Of a DNA stretch of 36,384 nucleotides, positions 24,253-33,857 are shown piece by piece; the first letter of the stretch is position 1, and every line of letters starts with the position of its first letter. Below the pieces are notes generated by a model. The model was not told the origin of the DNA, made no database searches, and saw nothing but the letters and a program-made list of their open reading frames with translations. Made by a program: the position numbers and the translations under genes. The stretch lies in assembly GCA_002269645.1 (NCBI GenBank), contig NIVC01004744.1, positions 1 to 36,384 of the forward strand, in the 5' to 3' direction. The stretch is from Macrostomum lignano. Its lineage: Eukaryota.

Positions 24253-25896
24253 CTAAGGTTCGGCGGCTCCCTCGACGGCTTCCTCGGCTGTGCCGGCCAG
24301 CTGTGTCTTCTTAGCGGCGCGCCATCTTTTAACAGCGTCGGATTTTTTAGCCTTTTCTTCCGGAGTCTGCCTGCGTTTTATGGCCGTCTCGCGGCACTGA
24401 TAGTGCTGACGCCGAAACTCCTTTTCGTCTATGTTTACGCCAACGTGCTTGGCGTATGCCATAGCCACGGCTAGCTTGCCGTCGTCACATCGCTGGCCAC
24501 CTACTTGACCCTTGACGCGACCCGAGCAAGTCTCCCGCAAAAACTGGTCCTCGCTGAATAAAGCGCGAAGGACCGCTCGTATAAATGAGCCATTAGCGGT
24601 AGCCAATTTTTTTGCATCTGGCCGATCGGCCGATGCCAGTTGATGAATGGCTTCCGTTCGCTGCTCGATTTCGCGCTTGTCTTTCGGCTCTACTAGTATT
24701 CTCCTAAAGCCGTTGTCGTTTGACAGGCGAACCAATGCGCTTGGGTTGACTTCACGTGGCCGCATTGAAACAATAGCGTCGGCAGCCTGCACAGCACCCA
24801 TAGTCTGCTTCATTTGCGCCGACTGGTCAGTGGACCAATGGCTGTGGGCATATATACCAACTTCTCGAGGTTCGTCATCGATTAAAATGGGACCAGTTTC
24901 GTCTTGCCGATCGGCATACTCTGCGTCGACACTATCAGAGCCTCCGATTGTGCATCTGGCAGCATGTACTGCACTGAGTAGTCGCTCACACCGGCGCTCA
25001 ACCACGCTCATAACCTGCTGCATTTTGGCGTCTCGACTGGAGTCAGTGTTCCCGTTCTGCGCCATTTGTTCTTCAAGCGAATGCAGTTGAGCGCGAAGTT
25101 GATCAACTTCGTTCAACAACTGTGTGTTACTTTGCGCCAGATGTGCCGAACGTTCCCTCTCATTTTCAATTTCATTTTCCAGAGCCCGAATGCGATCACC
25201 TGTGATGAAGTGCGTTCAGATAAATATATAGAGTTGCTCTTATAGAATAATTTATTGACTACGTATTACATACAAATATATTGAAATTACGCAGTAAACC
25301 AATAGTTACGCACGTTGCTCGTCCACAATGGAAACATGCGAGCGCAATTGGTTGGTTAGTGCACAACACGAACCACAAGGATTCGGCGCACTATTAGTTT
25401 GCAACGGGCCCGACGCGGATGCGACGCGTTGCGCAGCAGCAATGCTACTGTAGGGTCCACTCCATATAGTGGCGCCATATCTTGCGGCCGAGGCAGTCTT
25501 TGTTTTGGCTGTCACGACGACAATGCGACAACCAACAGTGGGTTGCTCATGACGATCGTCAAGAGCAACAATATCGGTGCTAAGTATCGCACCTCTGTCG
25601 TTGTTGCTGTCGTAAATGACCGCCCACGCGGACGAATCTGCAGATTTGTAACCGCGCATTCCGTCAGGGGCACATTCTGCACTTGCACTTTTATTTTGGC
25701 GGTTCTTCTTCTTTGTTGACCTCGCGCTGTCGGACCCATCGAATATTTCCGACTGAATTTCCGACGAAGCTTTCGGGACTGTCGATTGGTCGTTTGGTCG
25801 TACACCCTTGCGCGGTCGCTTTTCGGCTTGTTCTGCGTCTATATCCACTGGATGTTCGTCCTCTTGTAAGTGAGTAACGCAGTTCTTCTTGCCCAT
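24253..25896 (-). CDS. Coiled-coil + C-terminal BEN-domain protein, ~509 aa, exons 25896-25314 and 25199-24253
   Basis: Phase-1 intron 25313-25200 joins the two long ORFs. Heptad region RIRALENEIENER...LLNEVDQLRAQLHSLEEQ. C-terminal FIRAVLRALFSEDQFLRETCSGR...DDGKLAVAMAY...FRRQHYQCRE fits the BEN pattern (F.R.LL..LF..E.L...T..G...LD..K). Confidence 0.7.
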
Positions 25897-26676
25897 TACT
25901 TTCCAAATCAAGCAGACGACTGGAAAACGATTTTTAACAGCATATTTACTTCAAATATCGCATTGTACAATGTTTAAGAATAGAAAAGGACGCTCTCAAG
26001 ATACGATCCTAATTTCCACAAAATCTTACGTACACGCTAAAGTTAGATCTAAGGAATTTCGTTATAGGGAGAGTGGACGGCCAACCAATCGATGTGGTGA
26101 ACTACATGCTAGGTTCGATGCAACGTTGCAATCACGAAACACGAGACATAGTGTAATGATGGACGCAAAATGCGTGAATTGCGCATATTTACTGATTGGT
26201 GTATGATACGAGGTCCGTTATGATTCATTTTAATGAAAAAATTAAAACGGCAGATTTCATACATATTTAAAGTGATTAAGATTCATTCACATTGTCGTCA
26301 TAGTGGTTGTGGAAGTATACTGGTGTATAAACGAATGACCATTGGTGTAAAGATCGTGTAAACTTGTGAACCTTCGCCTTATTTAATGCCTGCGTGAATG
26401 AGTCTTATAACGTTCATAGATAAAGTTGAAGGCGTTTATAAATAGGGTGGCAACATACAGTGGAACAGATTTTATCTCAGCAATGAGCGGTACTATACTT
26501 GACGTTACAAAGACTGCTTAATCAGTTCGTACAAATTGTGGGGTATACGCAAACAAACGTTTGAGGTGACAGCTTACTTAAAATTGTCTTTTCCGCGAAC
26601 TTATTAAGCAACGTCAATACATTACAATGGGCTTGGACAGTACAAGGAGCACACAGGCGTATAGGCCCGAGCAAAT

Positions 26677-29457
26677 TCACGAAAAAGATAGTTGCGCATG
26701 CGGCAGCGCTACTACATGCGTGTCGCTGACAGCACATGATCCCACAATCATTTTGATAGGAACACGAATAACATAGCCGCCAATGTCACCGAAGGGATCG
26801 CAAGCCAGCTTCCGGACGTGGATGAGTCGGCAACCTCGATTTGGCGCATCAACCGGAACGGCCACGAGCACTGATAGAGGATCCTCCATCGGTGCGGCCA
26901 GACGGAGCGGTTGCATCAGTAGATGTAGATCGCCTACATCCTCATCCTCTTCCAATTCGTAGACGCGACCAAAGTCTATCGCTGACCGACCAGCGTCAGT
27001 CCAGACGGCAACAAAGCTGGAGACAACTCTTTTCTGTGACATAGATTGTCTGAACACATCGATCATTGTGCCGTCATGCAATGTAACTCGCTCCCATTTA
27101 CTCGGGTTTCCAGCATATCTTCTAGGTCGTGAAACTGTGCCACACCTGATGTTCTTCGTTGTCATGCGTCTGGCTACTGGCGTGTCAGTCAACTGAAGAT
27201 CTTCAGTTGTCTTGTCCGCCAATTGTGCCACTAATAGCTCAGTTTGGATGACGTTCGCTATTTCTACGTCGGTCGCTCGCGAACCGCGTATGCGTTTACG
27301 AATACTACAATGAAATGACTCGAACAGCGATGCTGATAACTGGTGTATTGGCCCTGCCAACTCTGCGTGCATCAGGGTATGCACGCATACCTGATGAGCG
27401 TTATAAGTCAATGCCCGATTCGAGAACATCATCGGGAGTAGGCGATGGAAGTACGATAATGTCGTTCGCACATGTGTCAGCTCGCGGATCGAGGAACCAA
27501 CGCATGACAATGCGAACATTGCGGACGATAGAGCCAGCAGTAGCTGATAGTACCTGCCGTGATCATAGCATGCAAGGAAATCTTCCAGTACCATCGGACC
27601 GTAAGCTAACATCCACATTTCAAAATCGTGGCCCCGATACCTCTTCAATAGGTTTAGTGACCTTGGTCCGCGTCTCTGAACACTACGCGGCACTCGAATT
27701 CTTGCGAGCCGTTCATCAATCAGGCTAATCCGTCGGTACAAATCGGGGTTTCTCGACGTCTGGTCTGGCTTTTGATGTCGTATTAGGAACAACTGGTACA
27801 TCAGATAGCCGGTCAGACCAGCACAGGTTTGGTGCAAATAACACGGCGGGCAACCCCTAATGTAGTCGAACCCGGCCAGTTCACTCAGTGGAGACTTGGC
27901 TCGCACTCCAAGCGTGTCTGTCTTGTCGTCAGTACGAGCCACGCGCATTCTGTCTCTTTCATATTCGTGCCGATCGGCAAGCATGTTAGTGTCGGTGACG
28001 CACCGAAACTCTGTCTGTGTACACCCACGTCTGACAGCGGCGTTCAGCATAGCGTTGGTGATTTCGAGCGGAAACATACGTCCGGATCCAAACGGCTGTT
28101 TTTTTGTTCGAATATAACATTTTTCGCATCCGTATATCGCGTTGAATCGCTTCATACCTAGTGCATCCGCTCGTGCTGGGGCATCGAAGATGGCCTGGAA
28201 AGGGTGCAATCTAAGGATTTGCTTATCGCCGTGTCCGTCTACATATTCGACGCCTTGGAACCTTAGATCGTTCAACAGACGAACAACAATTGGTAGGAAA
28301 CTTTCCGCATGCAATTTAACGTGTCCAGCCCAGACTCCGCATACAATCACGTACTTATACTTCATGCGTTCGTACACCTCTGTTACAGACATGTACACTG
28401 GACAGACCTCGACGTTACTGCTTTTCCGCAACGAAAATCCGTCTGAACATAGCGTGTACGACAGATCGCATCTACGTCGAGGTTCAATCGACGCTAGGAA
28501 CTCCCTGTACAGTGCACTGTTGACGTAGTGTAACTGACGTCTAAACATGTCGTCTGACGGTTGATCAGCCGGCCACACAACAGTCTCCAGCATTCCGCGT
28601 CGGATGCAGCGCCGAAGTTGATCTTTTGCGTCACATAGCCAGAAGCTTGCAACTTCTTCGCTACCGCAAGTTGAACACGTCGGCGCGTTTCGACCGAGTC
28701 GATTTTGTCTACACTTCGCACACACAGTGTAGCATTCTGAGGTCGGTAATGCAGATCTGCATTCTTGTCGAAAGCGAGCTTTCACAACCTCAGAAAGTAC
28801 ATGCGGCGACCGCGGCACATCAGCGCTAGGCATCAGTTTGCGTAATAAACCTAGTAGTTCTCTTTTCTGCTCTCTGCATGCTTTCCACTTGGAGCAGTAG
28901 TCCGCAATTAATGTGGCCGCTTCTCCTGTCGTTAGAAGCACATCCGCTTCGGCTATTTTATGAAATGGTCTGTCTATGAAAATAGGATCAGCTCTCGAAC
29001 TGGCTGGATCGCTCTGGTCGGATGCGTCGCTGCCCTCCTCATTGAGGCTGGCTGGGTCGATCTGGTCGGATGCGTCGCTACCCTCTTCGTTGAGACTGGC
29101 TGGGTCGCTCTGGTCGGATGCGTCGCTGCCCTCCTCATTGAGGCTGGCTGGGTCGATCTGGTCGGATGCGTCGCTACCCTCTTCGTTGAGACTGGCTGGG
29201 TCGCTCTGGTCGGATGCGTCGCTGCCCTCCTCATTGAGGCTAGGGACCAGAGTGTTTGATGGCAGATCTGCCAGATTCGCGCGTTTGTCGCGTAATCGAC
29301 GTTGCCGTAATGCTTGCATTCTCTGCTGGCCAGTCAATGCGGGTGCGGCCCTTTTACGTATGCCAAGCCGCCAATTTCTCATATAGTGCGTTGCATTGTG
29401 CGTTTCGTCCGTCTGTTCCGGCCCTGCAGACTGTGCTGAGGTGCCGGCCTTGTCCAT
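26677..29457 (-). CDS. CACTA/EnSpm-family DDE transposase, 926 aa, intronless
   Basis: Motifs in the expected order: CSDGFSLRKSS, VCPVYMSVTE, CGVWAG, FDAPARA, FNAIYGCEKC, GVRAKSPL, CYLH, IDERLARIRVP, YGPMVL, TYNAHQ, SASLFESF (Transposase_21/DUF4218-type). Confidence 0.88.
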   Translation of the reverse strand: MDKAGTSAQSAGPEQTDETHNATHYMRNWRLGIRKRAAPALTGQQRMQALRQRRLRDKRANLADLPSNTLVPSLNEEGSDASDQSDPASLNEEGSDASDQIDPASLNEEGSDASDQSDPASLNEEGSDASDQIDPASLNEEGSDASDQSDPASSRADPIFIDRPFHKIAEADVLLTTGEAATLIADYCSKWKACREQKRELLGLLRKLMPSADVPRSPHVLSEVVKARFRQECRSALPTSECYTVCAKCRQNRLGRNAPTCSTCGSEEVASFWLCDAKDQLRRCIRRGMLETVVWPADQPSDDMFRRQLHYVNSALYREFLASIEPRRRCDLSYTLCSDGFSLRKSSNVEVCPVYMSVTEVYERMKYKYVIVCGVWAGHVKLHAESFLPIVVRLLNDLRFQGVEYVDGHGDKQILRLHPFQAIFDAPARADALGMKRFNAIYGCEKCYIRTKKQPFGSGRMFPLEITNAMLNAAVRRGCTQTEFRCVTDTNMLADRHEYERDRMRVARTDDKTDTLGVRAKSPLSELAGFDYIRGCPPCYLHQTCAGLTGYLMYQLFLIRHQKPDQTSRNPDLYRRISLIDERLARIRVPRSVQRRGPRSLNLLKRYRGHDFEMWMLAYGPMVLEDFLACYDHGRYYQLLLALSSAMFALSCVGSSIRELTHVRTTLSYFHRLLPMMFSNRALTYNAHQVCVHTLMHAELAGPIHQLSASLFESFHCSIRKRIRGSRATDVEIANVIQTELLVAQLADKTTEDLQLTDTPVARRMTTKNIRCGTVSRPRRYAGNPSKWERVTLHDGTMIDVFRQSMSQKRVVSSFVAVWTDAGRSAIDFGRVYELEEDEDVGDLHLLMQPLRLAAPMEDPLSVLVAVPVDAPNRGCRLIHVRKLACDPFGDIGGYVIRVPIKMIVGSCAVSDTHVVALPHAQLSFS
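29002..29241 (-). repeat. 5 x 48-bp (16-aa, SLNEEGSDASDQ(S/I)DPA) acidic coding repeat in the transposase N-terminus
   Basis: Alternating variants give a 96-bp higher-order period. Confidence 0.93.
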
Positions 29458-30559
29458 CCTGGAGAAGTCAGATTTCGACTGTTCTGTAACGAAACGGTAT
29501 AATAATAATAATCGGAGGAACTACATGACATTCATGTATGCAATAGGTTTAGATGAATGTGTCAACTCTATATAGACGTGGGTAGCTATTCTAGATCACT
29601 ACGGTATCCTACTTAAAATGAGGGGATCAATGACTTCTGCTAATACTACTGATTATTGATTGTGATTGATTGATTAGTGATACTGATTGTTACTACATAC
29701 GATTGTTCTAACATATGGGCGGATGAACGGTGACACTTGAATTTTTGCAATAGAAACCATGACTAGATAGTTCAATGAAATGAATGCAAGGCAATGCAAT
29801 CGGGATCTGTAATAAAACGGAAGCACACGTTTTCGTAAAAAACAAGTTAAGTAACAAGAGGTGGAATTTGCTTACTGGGAAATGCATAAAAGTCAATAAT
29901 GAGATAGGATGGATACGAATAGTTAAAAGAAAACATAATTGCACAAATGTAACGCGTAATAATGTCATATTAAAGTACTTAGGTTTCGATATGTTCTCCG
30001 TTTGTTGGCTGGCAGATTTGGCCTGCTAGATTGTTCATCTGCTGCTATAGCTACCAAACGGTGCTATATTCACTCTGCTTTTATCTTCACTCTGATGTAA
30101 CGGCGCTCAACGGCGCTCAACTGCACTGTCCTCAGTTACTAATAAATGAAAAAATGGTACGAAACTGCAAGCATCAAATGCCGAACTGACAAGTAAGTAA
30201 TAAACGAAAAAATACTTTACTAGTTACTTGGGTACGCGGGTTTGGCATCCGATATTCGAATACGGCCAAACCTCTGTACTTTGGCTGGCAGATCTGCCAG
30301 CCTCCGCACAGACACCAGACTGGCCACATTTGCCCTTCTAGATTGTTCAGAAGTCCGTTCTGACAGTTTCTGTGCACGCGTATTCAATTTCAACCGATAA
30401 CAATTCACAGCTAGAACAGGTACATAACATACGTCCAATTACAGTCGGAACTGGGCCTTGGATCGGGGCAGGTGCACTTTATCCTGCACGAACACCTGGG
30501 ACTGCAGAAGCAGTGCACTCGATGGGTGCCCCGTTCGCTGTCACAGAAGCAGGGACGGG

Positions 30560-30930
30560 CCAGGGAGGACTGGTGTGGGAAAATGTTAAGAGAATTCGCC
30601 TGAGGAGTATCAAGGAAGGTTTTTGACATCGTTAGTGGTGATGAGACCTGGGTGTACCAGTACGATCAGAGCCAAACCGTCAGTCGACAGTATGGTGCTT
30701 CTCCGGAGATGACCATCCAACCAATGTGCAGAGGCCCCGTAGTGTCAGAAAGAAGATGGTCGCATCTCTCAGCACGGTTGACTTATGACTTCCGTAGCAA
30801 AAGGGAGTCAAGTTGGTCTCCCACCCACCCACCTTACTCAAATGACATGGCCCCCTACGACTTTTTTGCTTTGTTTCGTTATTAGCATTATAACCATACC
30901 ATTCTAAAAAGTTTCGGATTGACCCTCGTA
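30560..30930 (+). mobile_element. Internally deleted mariner remnant nested in the giant element
   Basis: DIVSGDETWVYQY (30625-30663) and HPPYSNDMAPYDFF (from 30826) are the mariner TGDETW and YSPDLAP motifs, only ~190 bp apart. Right TIR ...TTTCGGATTGACCCTCG + TA ends at 30930; left TIR not found. Confidence 0.75.
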
Positions 30931-30992
30931 TACAGGGCCGCAACATGCACAAAAACTGTCCGACTGAACTATACAAAAATAGACACAACGCT

Positions 30993-33093
30993 TCACAAGT
31001 CACAAATTAGTTCATGAACCGGGCAATCGCCGTCCCTGTGCGTACACTCTGGACCAAAGTCCTTCGGTATGGAGCACAGCAACTCGTCGATCGACGGGTT
31101 GTCTGTGCTACACGCGGCATCGGCATGTCGAGTGGCAAGCAGGCGCGGGACGCTGACCCTGTCAGGCAGTAGGCCCATGCTGTCGAAAGCGTCTCTGCGA
31201 CGCGTCGCCTCGTCGCCGGCGCACTTTAACAGTTCAACGCTGGGCTCGCCGGCATTAAAATTTAAATAATGGCCTTCTACGACCACAGTCATGATGCTGT
31301 AGCATAATACAATATGCTGCAGACACCTCAGCTCGTTTGGCCCAGCTTTAAGCAGTCTGGCGCAGGCGTCGCCGAGCAGTGCGTCAGTTATTCGGCGACG
31401 ACCGCCGCCACTGTTTCCCTGACGCCCGCCAAGCTGCTCAGTATACCCAAACTCCATGAACAGCGCCTGCGATGCCGTGCACAGCGGTGCATCGCAATCG
31501 ACACTGTCCTGCATACTGTGGTATGCAGGCTTTGATTTTGAAGGCAGTTTAAACGCTTTCAGCGTATGCCGAAGCATATACTGGGCCGCGTCAAAGTTAG
31601 AAGTGCCGTGTCGATGGTTTAGAGTCTGATGCAGACCCAATACAAGCACGGCAAGACGCTGGGCTAGTAGTCCGTTCTCTATGTGCAACACCATTGTTGA
31701 CTTGGCCAAGCAGATCTGCTGGCCCTCGTTGATGAAATGATTGGTTAAAGGCTGCACCAAACGTGCTACATTGGCCGGCCAGTCGAAAATTGACACTGCA
31801 GTTAGTGCATCGCACCCGCATTGTACGGCGCGTATGCGCGCCTCTTCCCTGCCTGCGGAGATGGCATTTGCATGACGCTCTCCGAGTGTCAGGCGGCGAT
31901 TTGGTGGGTTTAGCGGCTGAAACACTAATTGTTGATTTTGTACACAAAGTCGAAAAACGTCCTCACAGTGCGTGCCGACGAAGCCGCTAATGTCACGGTC
32001 GGCCATCGATGTACTGACACCGCGAATAGCATATGCTAATGGCTGGCTAGTCAGCATTGAGAACCGCCGTTCAACTGTGTCAAATGGCGTGCCACATTCA
32101 TCTCCCGCGTCCACTATGGCGCACAGTATACGGACGATTGACTCTATACACATCATCTGCAAAGGTATTATTGTATGCGCGTTTATCAGTAGCATTGCTA
32201 TGGCATTACAAGCAGTATATGAATAGTCGAATTCTACTTACGCGTGCGTCGTCCATAATTTCAGCGAAAGTTTTTCTAATCGATTCGACGGCGGCAGCGT
32301 CTGCAGGGTCGACGGATGCAGCTGCGACAGGAGCGCAATACTGGCCGCGACGCTGGGCGTTGGCTGGCAGATCTGCCGGCCGCCGCCCATGTGTCGGCTT
32401 TGCCACCTGGCCGGAAGGTGTTTGCGCTGATGCCGCATTTCTTGGTGGTCCCCTGCTAGGACAGTCGTTCTGAGCTGCTGCAGCTGCGATAGGTGCGCGA
32501 GATTGGCCGAGACGCTGGGCGTTGGCTGGCAGATCTGCCGGCCGCCGCCCATGTGTCGGCTTTGCCACCTGGCCGGAAGGTGTTTGCGCTGATGCCGCAT
32601 TTCTTGGTGGTCCCCTGCTAGGACAGTCGTTCTGAGCTGCTGCAGCTGCGATAGGTGCGCGAGATTGGCCGAGACGCTGGGCGTTGGCTGGCAGATCTGC
32701 CGGCCGCCGCCCATGAGTCGGCTTTGCCACCTGGCCGGAAGTGGTTTTCGCTGATGCCGCATTTCCTGGCGTCTCTTCATCGACGACGATGTCGCTGCCG
32801 TCGACGTGCAGCAGCCCTTTGCAGTGCACATTCACGAATTCGCGCACACTAGCGCAGCCAACGCTCTGGACTGCCTCAACAAGCGTTTGGCGCCGGACAG
32901 CTTGGCACGTTTTGTTGATTTCTGTCAAACTTTTACGAGTATTCCTTTGTTCAAATGATTGCTGTGGCCGAGGTACACGAATCATTGTTATTAGCTGTTC
33001 GCGCAGCTGCGTGACCGAGTAGTCGACACAGTTTGTACCAATGGTGGTTTGCATTTCGCAGTATGATGCAAGGTCTGAAATTGCAACATACAT
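30993..33093 (-). CDS. ~671-aa protein with two LOTUS/OST-HTH-like domains separated by a repeat linker, plus a C-terminal domain of unknown type; exons 33093-32242 and 32156-30993
   Basis: Perfect GTAAGT donor (32241) and TTTGCAG acceptor (32157) join ORFs 32206-33093 and 30993-32195 in phase 0. Two related segments: KSLTEINKTCQAVRRQTLVEAV.SVGCASVREFVNVHCKGLLHV and VRILCAIV...CGTPFDTVERRFSMLTSQPLAYAIRG...ISGFVGTHCEDVFRL. The gene model is well supported; the LOTUS call is a by-eye match. Confidence 0.6.
32343..32770 (-). repeat. ~2.6 x 162-bp (54-aa) coding repeat
   Basis: GACGCTGGGCGTTGGCTGGCAGATCTGCC at 32349, 32511, 32673. Confidence 0.93.
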
Positions 33094-33542
33094 TTTTAAT
33101 TGTATCGTCGAATTGAACGCACGGTGTTAAAGTACATGTTCTATCTCAGTGAATATTTCTGCCAACTGCAATTAATGATAAACATTTGCTAAAATTACTA
33201 GCTGCATACAGGTACGAATATATGTATACTAGTCTCCTGCCAACGTCCATACACTGAACCATCAAAGATACTAAAAATGGGAAAAAATGCTTCATTGCTT
33301 GCTTGTATTCTGATATACTAACAAAATTTCCTATACACTAAAGTTGAGCTATATGTAGTTATCAGTACGATATGCGCTCCGTTACCCTTTGATATACGCG
33401 CTAGTATAATGAAACTACCAATTTTAAAATGATAAGAAAGAAATGAATGCAGAACACGTAAACAGACAAACTTCTATTCGTAGATTTATTTATGTCAGCT
33501 GTACAGGATCTGTACGACAATACCAAGACAAGATTACCGACT

Positions 33543-33857
33543 GCTGCCTTGAACCACACTAGAAGCGAGGATTGATTATCCGTCGCAGGTCAGCTTATCA
33601 AAGCTGCCTTGAGCCACACTAGAAGCGAGGATTGATTATCCTTCGCAGGTCAGCTTATCAAAGCTGCCTTGAGCCACACTAGAAGCGAGGATTGATTATC
33701 CGTCGCAGGTCAGCTTATCAAAGCTGCCTTGAGCCACACTAGAAGCGAGGATTGATTATCCGTCGCAGGTCAGCTTATCAAAGCTGCCTTGAGCCACACT
33801 AGAAGCGAGGATTGATTATCCGTCGCAGGTCAGCTTATCAAAGCTGCCTTGAGCCAC
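33543..33857. repeat. 60-bp satellite array 1 (5 units + partial)
   Basis: GCTGCCTTGAGCCACACTAGAAGCGAGGATTGATTATCC(G/T)TCGCAGGTCAGCTTATCAAA head to tail, no spacers. Confidence 0.95.

Larger units (their letters stand above)
21519..32701. other. Dispersed set of 20 perfect GATC-centred palindromes (10-20 bp; 18 independent)
   Basis: Read directly at 21519, 22180, 22389, 22934, 24116, 24620, 24905, 25094, 25550, 26043, 27190, 27968, 28748, 29260, 30283, 31085, 31709, 32366, 32528, 32690. Function unknown. Confidence 0.9.

Noticed and set aside
10020-26240. Mariner-like TIR starts TACGAGGGTGAC (10020) and TACGAGGTCCG (26207)
   Set aside because: No partner TIR or transposase motif found near either, and neither matches the TIR at 30930 well.
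22702-32038. Palindromes with other centres: ATACGTACGTAT (22702), TGCAACGTTGCA (26119), ACAGTGCACTGT (28509), TAGCATATGCTA (32027)
   Set aside because: Four of >=12 bp in ~11 kb is close to the ~3 expected by chance, so there is no general palindrome enrichment.
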